Positions 23,790-36,171 of a DNA stretch of 64,000 nt are shown here, piece after piece (positions within the stretch are counted from its first letter, which is position 1; the number at the start of each line of letters is the position of its first letter). The stretch comes from Somniosus microcephalus. Its lineage: Eukaryota. Position numbers and translations under genes: made by a program. The notes under the pieces were generated by a model. The model was not told the DNA's origin and did not search any database. It worked only from the letters and a program-made list of their open reading frames with translations. The stretch covers positions 154,070,001 to 154,134,000 of the forward strand of contig CM126205.1 of assembly GCA_052327205.1 (NCBI GenBank), read 5' to 3'.

Positions 23790-26500
23790 GAACTTGCATT
23801 TATTTAGCAAGTTGACAATGTCCCACAGAGGTATAATCGGACAAAAGTCGACCCTGAGGCAAAGAAGGAGATATTAGTAGATGTGACCAACAGCTTGATC
23901 AAAGAGCTGGGTTTTAGGGAGTGCCGTAAAGGAAGAGAGGGAGGTGGAGAGGGTTTAGGGTGGGAATTCCAGAGCTTAGCGCCTAGGCAGCTGAATGGTG
24001 GAGCGATGAAAATTGGGGATGCGCAAGAGGTCAGAATTGGAGGAGCACAGAGATCTCGGAGGGTTATAGGGCTGAAGGAGATTACAGAGATAGGGAGGGG
24101 CAAGGCCATGGAAGGATTTGAAAACGAGGATGAAAATTTTTAAATCGCGATGTTGCCGATGTCGCTGGACCGGAAGCCAATGTAGGTCAGCGAGCACAGG
24201 GATGATGGGGGAACGGGGCTTGGTGCGAGTTAGGATATGAGCAGCAGAGTTTTGGATGACAAGTTTACGGAGGGTGCAAGGTGGGAGGCCGATCAGGAGT
24301 GCGTTGGAATAGTCAAGTCTGAAGGTAACAAAAGGCATGGATATGGGTTTCAGCAGCAGATGAGCTGAGGCAGGGGCGGAGACGGGCGATGTTACGGAGC
24401 TGGAGTTAGGTGGTCTTTGTGATGGAGAGAATATGGGATAGGAAGCTCCACTCAAGGTCAGATATGACACCAAGGTTGTGAAAGGGCCTGGTTTGTCCTC
24501 ACAGTTGCCAGGGAGAGGGATGGAGTTGGTGGCTAGGGAACGAGTTTGTGGTCTCAAACCGAAGACAAAGGCTTTGGTCTTCCGAATATTTAATTGGAGG
24601 AAATTTTTGGATGTTGAATAAGCAACGTGACAAATCAGAAACAGTGAAGAGGTCGAGAGAGATGGTGGTGAGGTAGAGCTGGGTGTCATCAGCGTACATC
24701 TGGAACCTGATGTGTTTTCAGATGACCTCGCCGAGGGTCAACATTTAGATGAAGAAGAGGATAGAGCCAAGGATAGATCCTTGGGTGATTCCAGGGGTAA
24801 CTGTGTAGGGCCGGGAAGAGAAGCCATTGCTTGAAATGCTCTGGCTACAATTGGATTGGTAAGATTGGAACTAAGTGAGGGAGTGGAGGAGAGCCGTTGG
24901 AGGAAGATGGAAGTGATGGAAGGTGTCATCGACAGTGCTATCAAGTGGCACTTACTCACCAATAACCTGCTCACTGAGGCGCTTTGGGTTCCGCCAAGAC
25001 CACTCTGCTCCTGACCTCATTACAGCCTTGGTCCAAACATCTACAAAGGAGCTGAATTCCAGAGGTGAGGTGAGAGTGACTGCCCTTGACATCAGGCAGC
25101 ATTCGACCGAGTGTGGCATCGAGGAGCCCTAGTAAAACTGAAGTCAATGGGAATCGGGGGGAAAACGCTCCACTGGCTGGAGTCATACCTAGCACAAAGT
25201 AAGATGGTTGGGGTGGTTGAAGGTCAATCATCATAGCCCCAGGACATCGCTGCAGGAGTTCCACAGGGCAGTGTCCAAGGCCCAACCCTCTTCAGCTGCT
25301 TTATCAATGACCTTCCCTCCAACATAAGGTCAGAAATGGGGATGTTCTCTGATGACTGCACAGTGTTCAGTTCCATTCACAACTCCTCAGATAATGAAGC
25401 AGTCCATGCCCACATCAGCAAGACCTGGACGACATTCAGGCTTGGGCTGATAAGTGGCAGGTAACATTTGTGCCACAGAAGTGCCAGGCAATGACTATTG
25501 CCAACAAGCGAGAGTCTAACCACCTCCCCTTGACATTAAACAGCATTACCATCGCTGAATCCCCCACCATCAATATCCTGGGGGTCACCATTGACCAGAA
25601 ACTAAGCTGGACCAGCCACATAAATACTGTGGCAACAAGAGCAGGTCAGAGGCTGGGTACTCTGCAGTGAGTGTCTCAGCTCCTGACTCCCCAAAGCCTT
25701 TCCACCATCTACAAGGCACAAGTAAGGAGTGTGATGGAATACTCTCCACTTGCCTGGATGAGTGCAGCTCCAACAACACTCAAGAAGCTCGACACCATCC
25801 AGGACAAATCAGCTTGCTTGATTGGCACCCCATCCACCACCTTAAACATTCACTCCCTCCACCACCGGTGCACCGTGGCTGCAGTGTGTACCATCTACAA
25901 GATGCACTGCAGCAACTCGCCAAGGCTTCTTCGGCAGCACCTCCCAAACCCGCAACCTCTTCCACCTAGAAGGGACAAGGGCAGCAGGCGCATGGGAACA
26001 CCACCACCTCCAAGTTCCCCTCCAAGTCACGCACCATCCTGACTTAGAAATACATCGCCGATCCTCCATCGTCGCTGGGTCAAAATCCTGGAACTCCCTC
26101 CCTAACAGCACTGTGGGAGTACCTTCACCACATGGACTGCAGCGGTTCAAGAAGGCGGCTCACCACCACCTTCTGAAAGGCAATTAGGGATGGGCAATAA
26201 ATGCTGGCCTTGCCAGCGGTGCCCACATCCCATAAGCGAATTTTTTTTAAAAAGGATGGTATGGTCAATTGTGTCAAAAGTTGCATAGGGGACTAGGACA
26301 GATCGTGCACCACGATCGCAGGATGTCATTTGTGACTATTTCAAGCCTTTTCAGTGCTGTAGCAGGGATGGAAGCCTGATTGGAGAGATTCGGACATGGA
26401 GTTCTGGAAAGATAGGCACAGGTTTGGGAGGCGACAACACGTTCAAGGACTTTGGCGGGGAAAAAAGAGATTGGAGAATGGGTGTTAGTTTCAAGGGTGG
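23790..26500 (-). mobile_element. L2 LINE fragment interrupted at about 24911-26250
   Basis: MYADDTQLY, RLDYSNALL, QNSAAHIL, LHWLPV; FDTIDH motif resumes after 26250. Confidence 0.82.
24911..26250 (+). mobile_element. 3' part of the tRNA-headed LINE family
   Basis: IYKAQVRSVMEYSPLAW, SLHHRCTVAAVCTIYKMHC; tail GGCAATAAATGCTGGCCTTGCCAGC. Confidence 0.85.
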
Positions 26501-26843
26501 GCTTTTCAAGGAGCTCTCTGCTCTTCTTTGAATAATGCCATGGAACCTTTAACCAGAGTATCTATTGACACCACTGTCAGTCAATGAATTGGAAACTGGG
26601 TGGGACTTACGACAGGACTCAAATCAAGTGTTTAAACCGCGCACTACAGCAAACAGTCTACAGAGTCTATTTAGGAAGAGTCTCTACGAAATACAACAAC
26701 TTCTCCCGGTAAAAGCAGGGTGATTACTCTAACAAACTGCAGTGAGTGGAGATAGTTACATAATACAAAGTATCTGCATGAATTCAATCCCAGTCACTTA
26801 GAGCAATGCTTGATTAACTCTAAATTTCCAAATGTTCTGCTAG

Positions 26844-26999
26844 ATGGCGAGCTACTGCAGAGGCTCGGAAGCGCCTGAGGAAACAAATGTGGACATTCCC
26901 AGCAGCTCCAGGCAGGGCAGGCCCTGGCTGCAAACTGAGTCCCCAAGTGTTGAGCCCAGAATTGCCCACGGACGACAACCTCAGCCTCTCGTGTATACG
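26844..26999 (+). CDS. MCM3AP: MCM3AP/GANP exon (WRATAEARKRLRKQMWTFPAAP...LSCIR)
   Basis: ttctgctAG/GTacag; matches human [22 protein letters not shown]; phase 2-2. Confidence 0.93.
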
Positions 27000-27027
27000 G
27001 TACAGATATTACACAGTTACATCTCGA

Positions 27028-27320
27028 GTCTACAGCACAGAAATAGGCCCTCCGGCCCAACAGGTCTGTGCCGGTGTTTATGTTCCACACAAGCCTCCTC
27101 CCACACCTCCTCATCTAAGCCCATCAACATATTCCTTTCGTCCTCATGTGTTTATCTAGCTCCCCTTAAATACATCTATCCTATTTGCCTCAACCACTCA
27201 TTGTGGTAGTGAGTTCCACATTCTCACCACTCTCTGGGTAAAGAAGTTTGCCCTGAATTCCCTATTGGGTTTATTAGTAACTACTCCCCTATTTATGGCC
27301 CCTAGTTCTGGACTCCCGCA
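27028..27320 (-). mobile_element. CR1 3' fragment
   Basis: NFFTQRVVRMWNSLPQ on the minus strand plus 3'UTR. Confidence 0.75.
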
Positions 27321-27419
27321 CATGTTAAAGTATTTTACCAATTTGTTTCGTATTCTTGGAAGGAAGAATTGCAGCTCACGCATTTCATTCCTCATTGCTC
27401 TCTCTTCTAACAACCTACG

Positions 27420-30400
27420 CTCTCCCTCTAGCTCTCCCCCACCCCACCTCTTCTCCTCTTCTCCCCCCACCTCTTCTCTTCTCCCCCACCTCTTCTCTTC
27501 TCCCCCCACCTCTTCTCTTCTCCCCCCACCTCTTCTCTTCTCCCCCACCCTTCTCTTCTCCCCCCACCTCTTCTCTTCTCCCCCCACCTCTTCTCTTCTC
27601 CCCCACCTCTTCTCTTCTCCCCCCACCTCTTCTCCTCTCTCCCCCACCTCTTCTCCTCTTCTCCCCCCCCGCCTCTTCTCTCCCCCCCGCCTCTTCTCTC
27701 CCCCCGCCTCTTCTCTCCCCCCCGCCTCTTCTCTCCCCCCCGCCTCTCTCTCTCTCTCCCCCCCGCCTCTTCTCTCCCCCCCCCCGCCTCTTCTCTCCCC
27801 CCCGCCTCTTCTCTCCCCCCCGCCTCTTCTCTCCCCCCCGCCTCTTCTCTCCCCCCCGCCTCTTCTCTCCCCCCCGCCTCTTCTCTCCCCCCCGCCTCTT
27901 CTCTCCCCCCCGCCTCTTCTCTCCCCCCCGCCTCTTCTCTCCCCCCCGCCTCTTCTCTCCCCCCCGCCTCTTCTCTCCCCCCCGCCTCTTCTCTCCCCCC
28001 CGCCTCTTCTCTCCCCCCCGCCTCTTCTCTCCCCCCCGCCTCTTCTCTCCCCCCCGCCTCTTCTCTCCCCCCCGCCTCTTCTCTCCCCCCCGCCTCTTCT
28101 CTCCCCCCCCGCCTCTTCTCTCCCCCCCGCCTCTTCTCTCCCCCCCGCCTCTTCTCTCCCCCCCGCCTCTTCTCTCCCCCCCGCCTCTTCTCTCCCCCCC
28201 GCCTCTTCTCTCCCCCCCCGCCTCTTCTCTCCCCCCCCGCCTCTTCTCTCCCCCCCCGCCTCTTCTCTCCCCCCCCGCCTCTTCTCTCCCCCCCCGCCTC
28301 TTCTCTCCCCCCCGCCTCTTCTCTCCCCCCCGCCTCTTCTCTCCCCCCCGCCTCTTCTCTCCCCCCCGCCTCTTCTCTCCCCCCCGCCTCTTCTCTCCCC
28401 CCCGCCTCTTCTCTCCCCCCCCGCCTCTTCTCTCCCCCCCCGCCTCTTCTCTCCCCCCCCGCCTCTTCTCTCCCCCCCCGCCTCTTCTCTCCCCCCCCGC
28501 CTCTTCTCTCCCCCCCCGCCTCTTCTCTCCCCCCCCGCCTCTTCTCTCCCCCCCCGCCTCTTCTCTCCCCCCCCGCCTCTTCTCTCCCCCCCCGCCTCTT
28601 CTCTCCCCCCCCGCCTCTTCTCTCCCCCCCCGCCTCTTCTCTCCCCCCCCGCCTCTTCTCTCCCCCCCCGCCTCTTCTCTCCCCCCCCGCCTCTTCTCTC
28701 CCCCCCCGCCTCTTCTCTCCCCCCCCGCCTCTTCTCTCCCCCCCCGCCTCTTCTCTCCCCCCCCGCCTCTTCTCTCCCCCCCCGCCTCTTCTCTCCCCCC
28801 CCGCCTCTTCTCTCCCCCCCCGCCTCTTCTCTCCCCCCCCGCCTCTTCTCTCCCCCCCCGCCTCTTCTCTCCCCCCCCGCCTCTTCTCTCCCCCCCCGCC
28901 TCTTCTCTCCCCCCCCGCCTCTTCTCTCCCCCCCGCCTCTTCTCTCCCCCCCGCCTCTTCTCTCCCCCCCGCCTCTTCTCTCCCCCCCGCCTCTTCTCTC
29001 CCCCCCGCCTCTTCTCTCCCCCCCCGCCTCTTCTCTCCCCCCCCGCCTCTTCTCTCCCCCCCCGCCTCTTCTCTCCCCCCCCGCCTCTTCTCTCCCCCCC
29101 CCGCCTCTTCTCTCCCCCCCCGCCTCTTCTCTCCCCCCCCGCCTCTTCTCTCCCCCCCCCGCCTCTTCTCTCCCCCCCCGCCTCTTCTCTCCCCCCCCGC
29201 CTCTTCTCTCCCCCCCCGCCTCTTCTCTCCCCCCCCGCCTCTTCTCTCCCCCCCCCGCCTCTTCTCTCCCCCCCCCGCCTCTTCTCTCCCCCCCCGCCTC
29301 TTCTCTCCCCCCCCCGCCTCTTCTCTCCCCCCCCGCCTCTTCTCTCCCCCCCCGCCTCTTCTCTCCCCCCCCCGCCTCTTCTCTCCCCCCCCCGCCTCTT
29401 CTCTCCCCCCCCGCCTCTTCTCTCCCCCCCCGCCTCTTCTCTCCCCCCCCGCCTCTTCTCTCCCCCCCCGCCTCTTCTCTCCCCCCCCGCCTCTTCTCTC
29501 CCCCCCCGCCTCTTCTCTCCCCCCCCGCCTCTTCTCTCCCCCCCCGCCTCTTCTCTCCCCCCCCGCCTCTTCTCTCCCCCCCCCGCCTCTTCTCTCCCCC
29601 CCCGCCTCTTCTCTCCCCCCCCCGCCTCTTCTCTCCCCCCCCGCCTCTTCTCTCCCCCCCCCGCCTCTTCTCTCCCCCCCCCGCCTCTTCTCTCCCCCCC
29701 CCGCCTCTTCTCTCCCCCCCCGCCTCTTCTCTCCCCCCCCCGCCTCTTCTCTCCCCCCCCGCCTCTTCTCTCCCCCCCCGCCTCTTCTCTCCCCCCCCGC
29801 CTCTTCTCTCCCCCCCCGCCTCTTCTCTCCCCCCCCGCCTCTTCTCTCCCCCCCCGCCTCTTCTCTCCCCCCCCGCCTCTTCTCTCCCCCCCCCGCCTCT
29901 TCTCTCCCCCCCCGCCTCTTCTCTCCCCCCCGCCTCTTCTCTCCCCCCCCGCCTCTTCTCTCCCCCCCCGCCTCTTCTCTCCCCCCCGCCTCTTCTCTCC
30001 CCCCCCGCCTCTTCTCTCCCCCCCCGCCTCTTCTCTCCCCCCCCGCCTCTTCTCTCCCCCCCCGCCTCTTCTCTCCCCCCCCCGCCTCTTCTCTCCCCCC
30101 CCTCTCCCCCCCCGCCTCTTCTCTCCCCCCCGCCTCTTCTCTCCCCCCCGCCTCTTCTCTCCCCCCCGCCTCTTCTCTCCCCCCCGCCTCTTCTCTCCCC
30201 CCCGCCTCTTCTCTCCCCCCCGCCTCTTCTCTCCCCCCCCGCCTCTTCTCTCCCCCCCCGCCTCTTCTCTCCCCCCCCGCCTCTTCTCTCCCCCCCCGCC
30301 TCTTCTCTCCCCCCCCGCCTCTTCTCTCCCCCCCCGCCTCTTCTCTCCCCCCCCGCCTCTTCTCTCCCCCCCCGCCTCTTCTCTCCCCCCCCGCCTCTTC

Positions 30401-31662
30401 TCTCCCCCCCCGCCTCTTCTCTCCCCCCCCGCCTCTTCTCTCCCCCCCCGCCTCTTCTCTCCCCCCCCGCCTCTTCTCTCCCCCCCCGCCTCTTCTCTCC
30501 CCCCCCGCCTCTTCTCTCCCCCCCCGCCTCTTCTCTCCCCCCCCGCCTCTTCTCTCCCCCCCCGCCTCTTCTCTCCCCCCCCGCCTCTTCTCTCCCCCCC
30601 CGCCTCTTCTCTCCCCCCCCGCCTCTTCTCTCCCCCCCCGCCTCTTCTCTCCCCCCCCGCCTCTTCTCTCCCCCCCCGCCTCTTCTCTCCCCCCCCGCCT
30701 CTTCTCTCCCCCCCCGCCTCTTCTCTCCCCCCCCGCCTCTTCTCTCCCCCCCCGCCTCTTCTCTCCCCCCCCGCCTCTTCTCTCCCCCCCCGCCTCTTCT
30801 CTCCCCCCCCGCCTCTTCTCTCCCCCCCCGCCTCTTCTCTCCCCCCCCGCCTCTTCTCTCCCCCCCCCGCCTCTTCTCTCCCCCCCCGCCTCTTCTCTCC
30901 CCCCCCGCCTCTTCTCTCCCCCCCCGCCTCTTCTCTCCCCCCCCGCCTCTTCTCTCCCCCCCCGCCTCTTCTCTCCCCCCCGCCTCTTCTCTCCCCCCCG
31001 CCTCTTCTCTCCCCCCCGCCTCTTCTCTCCCCCCCGCCTCTTCTCTCCCCCCCGCCTCTTCTCTCCCCCCCCGCCTCTTCTCTCCCCCCCCGCCTCTTCT
31101 CTCCCCCCCCGCCTCTTCTCTCCCCCCCCGCCTCTTCTCTCCCCCCCCGCCTCTTCTCTCCCCCCCCGCCTCTTCTCTCCCCCCCCGCCTCTTCTCTCCC
31201 CCCCCGCCTCTTCTCTCCCCCCCCCGCCTCTTCTCTCCCCCCCCGCCTCTTCTCTCCCCCCCCGCCTCTTCTCTCCCCCCCCCGCCTCTTCTCTCCCCCC
31301 CCGCCTCTTCTCTCCCCCCCCGCCTCTTCTCTCCCCCCCCCGCCTCTTCTCTCCCCCCCCGCCTCTTCTCTCCCCCCCCCGCCTCTTCTCTCCCCCCCCG
31401 CCTCTTCTCTCCCCCCCCGCCTCTTCTCTCCCCCCCCGCCTCTTCTCTCCCCCCCCGCCTCTTCTCTCCCCCCCCGCCTCTTCTCTCCCCCCCCGCCTCT
31501 TCTCTCCCCCCCCGCCTCTTCTCTCCCCCCCCCGCCTCTTCTCTCCCCCCCCCGCCTCTTCTCTCCCCCCCCGCCTCTTCTCTCCCCCCCCGCCTCTTCT
31601 CTCCCCCCCGCCTCTTCTCTCCCCCCCCCCGCCTCTTCTCTCCCGCCCCCCCCCCCCCCCCG
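27420..31662. repeat. Polypyrimidine minisatellite, unit GCCTCTTCTCT(C)7-9, about 4.2 kb
   Basis: Direct reading; 18-20-nt units that differ in C-run length. Confidence 0.98.
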
Positions 31663-31852
31663 TACCCTCTCACTCCCCGCCCCCTCTACGCTGGGAATTG
31701 TGCTATGACCCTCAATCACATCATCTGACATGTTGTTTTTATTTCTGGTTTTTATTTTCCCCTTCTTGCTTTGCTCCATTGTGGCATCCTTTTTTTTGTT
31801 TATCCTGATGGAGTCTCATTCTAAACATTAACCAATCTTTCTCTTTCTGGTA

Positions 31853-32090
31853 TAACAACAGAAAACGCTGGAAAAACTCAGCATCCCTTTTGTTCTTTCA
31901 TCTCCTCCCCCTTTTCCCAGCCCCTAAACTTGCTTTCCATTTTCTGCTTTTTTCCAGTTTCGACGAAGGGTCATCGACCTGAAACGTTAACCCTGTTTCT
32001 CTCTCCACGGATGCTGCCTGGCCTGCTGAGTGTTTCCAGCGTTTTCTGTTGTTATTTCGGATTTCCAGCATCTGCAGTATTTTGCTATTG
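31853..32090 (+). mobile_element. Penelope-derived short repeat with a short inverted 5' piece
   Basis: CGACGAAGGGTCATCGACCTGAAACGTT hammerhead-like core; 31853-31883 is complementary to about 32024-32054. Confidence 0.62.
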
Positions 32091-32823
32091 TATTTCTCTT
32101 TCTGGTGCTGAGTCACCTGTTTGATGTTGTTTATTTCCCTTTGGGTTCTCTTGTTCCATCTATTCTTTACAGAAGCTAACATTATTTCTTGCTGTTTGAG
32201 TTTAAATGCTCTCTGTCCCATGATCCCCTAATGGATTCACTGCCTGTAAGGGCGTGTCAGTTTCTCGATAATGGAACAGGATTTTACCCATACTCCTTTG
32301 CCAGAGTTGACATCATTCTATAATCACTGCGAATTACACTGTGACAGAGCAGCCTGGGGGCAACTTTAAGGTCGGGGTGAACTGTCAAGGTCAATTTTAT
32401 AGAGCTTTATTGCAGCAAATAATTGCAAGACATATTTTGAAATTGTATTTTACTTTGGTACACTGAGCAGCATCCCAACCACTGGAGTACTGTGCTCAGA
32501 GGACTTCAGTTGGAATCCTACCCCAGATGCACACTTGCAGCCTGCTACTTTGTAGGTTGATATAGTTAAATCTTGAGGAGGCTAAAGAGGACAGCATTGC
32601 GATGCAAATGTTAGAGGCATAAGTATTAACAATTTGACCTCCTGACACCATCTTCTAGATGTGTTGAAAACTTCCATTGTGTGGTGTTTCCTGAAATGTG
32701 TCCACAGCTGCTAATGACCAGGCTATAATGTTGGCCCTGATGCAGAGTGCAGCTTGGTATGATGTGATGAGAAAATGCATGAACGAGCTGTGACAGATGG
32801 TTTTTTTTTCTGCTGTGTTGCAG

Positions 32824-32892
32824 GTTGCTGCAGAGGAGGAAGGAGACAGCTCATCAAATGAGAGTTCAGAATTTCTACCAGCAGCTCCTCTG
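32824..32892 (+). CDS. MCM3AP: MCM3AP/GANP exon (LLQRRKETAHQMRVQNFYQQLL)
   Basis: gtgttgcAG/GTacag; matches human TAHQMKVQHFYQQLL; phase 2-2. Confidence 0.95.
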
Positions 32893-33232
32893 GTACAGGA
32901 ACTCGTTTGTGAAATTTTGTGGCGTAGATTCAGTTGCAGACACCATTGACATTCTCACCTTTCACAAAGGATAGTCATTGCTCTGTTTATTTAGGCTGTT
33001 GAGTTACAGTCCCCACCACCTATACCGTCGCCGTTTATCCAGGACAGCCATCTATATAACTGGCAAATGTTGCTGACCACTTGCTATTAGAATAGGCATC
33101 AATTATAAAGGTGTCGCTTAAACTGCATTAAGACGACCAACTATTTCAGGCAGGTCAAACAGCTCTTCGGGGTCCTCTTCTATCCGCCCCTGTTCACTGG
33201 TGTACACCTCGCAGCACTAGTTTTAATGGTTC

Positions 33233-33971
33233 TTTTACTTGTTCATGGGATGTGGACGTCGCTGGCAAGGCCAGCATTTATTGCCAATCCCTAATTGCCC
33301 TTGAGAAGGTGGTGGTGAGCCACCTTCTTGAACTGCTGCAGTCCTTGCGGTGAAGGTACTCCCACAGTGCTGTTAGGGAGGGAGTTCCAGGATTTGGACC
33401 CAGTGACGATGAAGGATCGGCGATATATTTCCAAGTCAGGATGGTGTGTGACTTGGAGGGGACCTTGGAAGTGATGGTGTTCCCATGCGCCTGCTGCCCT
33501 TGTCCTTCTAGGTGGAAGAGGTCGTGGGTTTGGGAGGTGCTACCGAAGAAGCCTTGGCGAGTTGCTGCAGTGCATCTTGGAGATGGTACACACTGCAACC
33601 ATGGTATGCCGGTGGTGGAGGGAGTGAATGTTTAAGGTGGTAGATGGGGTGCCAATCAAGCGGGCTGCTTTGTCCTGGATGGTGTGAATACCCAGCCTCT
33701 GAGCTGCTCTTGTAGCCACAGTATTTGTATGGCTGGTCCAGTTAAGTTTTTGGTCAGTGGTGACCCCCAGGATGTTGATGGTGGGGGATCCAGCGATGGT
33801 AACGCCATGAAATGTCATGGGGAGGTGGTTAGACTCTCTCTTTGGAGATAGTCATTGCCTGGCACTTGTGTGGCGTGAATGTTACCTGCAACTTATCAGC
33901 CCAAGCCTGAATGTCGTCCAGGTCTTGCTGCATGTGGGCATGAACTGCTTCATTATCTGAGGAGTTGCAAA
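33233..33971 (-). mobile_element. 3' fragment of the tRNA-headed LINE family
   Basis: Reverse complement of 25380-26240, with internal deletion. Confidence 0.85.
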
Positions 33972-34188
33972 TGGGAATAATATAATGTATTTGAATCAGT
34001 CCCTTATTAAGTGTTAATTTCTGAAACGCATTCACAAATGAGGTGGCAATGTTTCCGGAACTTTGAAATTGACCAGGGCAGTTTGTAGGTAGCAACCTCT
34101 ACAGTCTAACTGTTACTTTCGGAGGAGCTGATGATTATACGAACAAAGAAATATATAAATTTAGCCGTTTGCACTGTTGTAATGTATT

Positions 34189-35654
34189 TGTAAGAAGTCA
34201 CACAACACCAGGTTATAGTCCAACAGCTTTATTTGAAATCACAAGCTTTCAGAGCGCTGCTCCTTCGTCAGGTGAAGTGGAGAAATGCATAAAGACACAG
34301 CTTATATAGTCAGAGAATCATGTCAGATGTTTACAGGTAATGTTTCCAACTGCCATTTATCACACCTCGGCAGAGAGATAATCACAGCAATCAAAGGGGT
34401 GAATGGTGTCCAAACAGGTCAGTCAGGAAAACATTACATCAAAGAACAATGAGGTTGGGTCACAAGGGGTCAAATATTGCAGATGCTGGGGTCTGTATGA
34501 AAAACAAAAAAACAGACAAAAAACATTTTTTTTTGTTGCTGGAAATCACAGCAGGTCCGGCCGCATCTGTGTAGAGAGAACAAGCCAATGTCGACTCGAG
34601 TCATCCAGTACTTTCCCGGAGCGGAGAAACTACGCCATGTTCTTCGCAGCCTTCAACATGTCATTGATGACGACGAACACCTCGCTAAGCCATCCCCACG
34701 CCTCCACTACTCGCTTTCAAACAGCCGCCTAACCTCAAACAGACCATCGTTCGCAGCAAATTACCCAGCTTTCAGGAGAACAGCGACCACGACACCACAC
34801 AACCCTGCCACAGCAACCTCTGCAAGACATGCCAGATCATCAACACAGATACCATCATCACACGTGAGGACACCACCCACCAGGTACATGGTACATACTC
34901 ATGTGACTCGGCCAACGTTGTCTACCTCATACGTTGCAGGAAAGGATGCCCCGGAGCATGGTACATCGGCGAGACCATGCAGACACTGCGACAACGGATG
35001 AACGGACACCGTGCAACAATCACCAGGCAGGAGTGTTCCCTCCCAGTCGGGGAACACTTCAGCAGTCAAGGACATTCAGCCTCCGATCTTCAGGTAAGCA
35101 TTCTCCAAGGTGGCCTTCGAGACACACGACAACGCAAAATCGTCGAGCAGAAACTGATAGCCAAGTTCCGCACCCATGAGGACGGCCTCAACCGAGATCT
35201 TGGGTTCATGTCACGCTACATGTAACCCCACCTGACGCAGGGTCATCCAGACTCGAGTCGACATTGGCTTGTTCTCTCTACACAGATGCGGCCGGACCTG
35301 CTGTGATTTCCAGACCCCAGCATCTGCAATATTTGACCCCTTGTGACCCAACCTCATTGTTCTTTGATGTAATGTTTTCCTGACTGACCTGTTTGGACAC
35401 CATTCACACCTTTGATTGCTGTGATTATCTCTCTGCCGAGGTGTGATAAATGGCAGTTGGAAACATTACCTGTAAACATCTGACATGATTCTCTGACTAT
35501 ATAAGCTGTGTCTTTATGCATTTCTCCACTTCACCTGACGAAGGAGCAGCGCTCTGAAAGCTTGTGATTTCAAATAAAGCTGTTGGACTATAACCTGGTT
35601 TTGTGTGACTTCTTACATTTGTCCACCCCAGTCCAACTCCGGCATCTCCACACG
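34189..35654 (+). mobile_element. Penelope-like element: GIY-YIG endonuclease end flanked by ~400-bp inverted pLTR arms
   Basis: SANVVYLIRC...WYIGETMQTLRQRMNGH; 34189-34602 is the reverse complement of about 35250-35616; TSD TAATGTATT at 34180 and 35655. Confidence 0.9.
35531..35567 (+). ncRNA. Minimal type-I hammerhead ribozyme motif in the Penelope pLTR
   Basis: TCAC-CTGACGA-A-GGAGC-AGC-GCTCT-GAAA-GCT-T-GTGA: core boxes, stem II, palindromic AGCT stem III, TCAC/GTGA stem I. Confidence 0.65.
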
Positions 35655-36036
35655 TAATGTATTTGAATCACCCTGTTATTAAATATTAAGTTCTGAAAGA
35701 CATTCACAAACACAGCGGCAGCAATTCAGGAGCTTTGAAATTGACCAGGACAGGGCTTTAGAGGACATTACTTTTGAACGGTGTGATTTTAATTTTATTA
35801 ACTCTACCACGTTGTACCAGCCGTCATGTATCGTGGGCACATTGCATTTGCATGGACATGCGGTTTAAAGTGGTGGGGACTATAAATAGCTGAAAGGATC
35901 TTTTGTCCAGATGGAGTCAATGGGCAGTGCACTTTGTTGTATATGATTTAAGGGCCGCTAATGTTTGTTGTATATGATGCCCATGAGGCAAGATACAGCA
36001 GTTATTCCTAAATTTGAATTCTAATTTATCTTTTAG

Positions 36037-36171
36037 TGAAGCTGCCTGGACTCCTTTGGATTTGTTCACATTGGTTGCAGATAGCTTCCCAACTCGTCAG
36101 GAGAAAATCTTCTGGAAGGTTGTTCTACTGTTGCCAAGTGATGAAGAATATGGACTTAGTGACAGCAACAG
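36037..36171 (+). CDS. MCM3AP: MCM3AP/GANP exon (EAAWTPLDLFTLVADSFPTRQEKIFWKVVLLLP...)
   Basis: atcttttAG/GTtagc; matches human [31 protein letters not shown]; phase 2-2. Confidence 0.95.

Noticed and set aside
27198-31779. 1450-1491-aa Pro/Leu/Ser and Gly/Arg/Glu ORFs on both strands
   Set aside because: Stop-free translation of a C/T minisatellite in several frames at once; intronic, with no coding signal.
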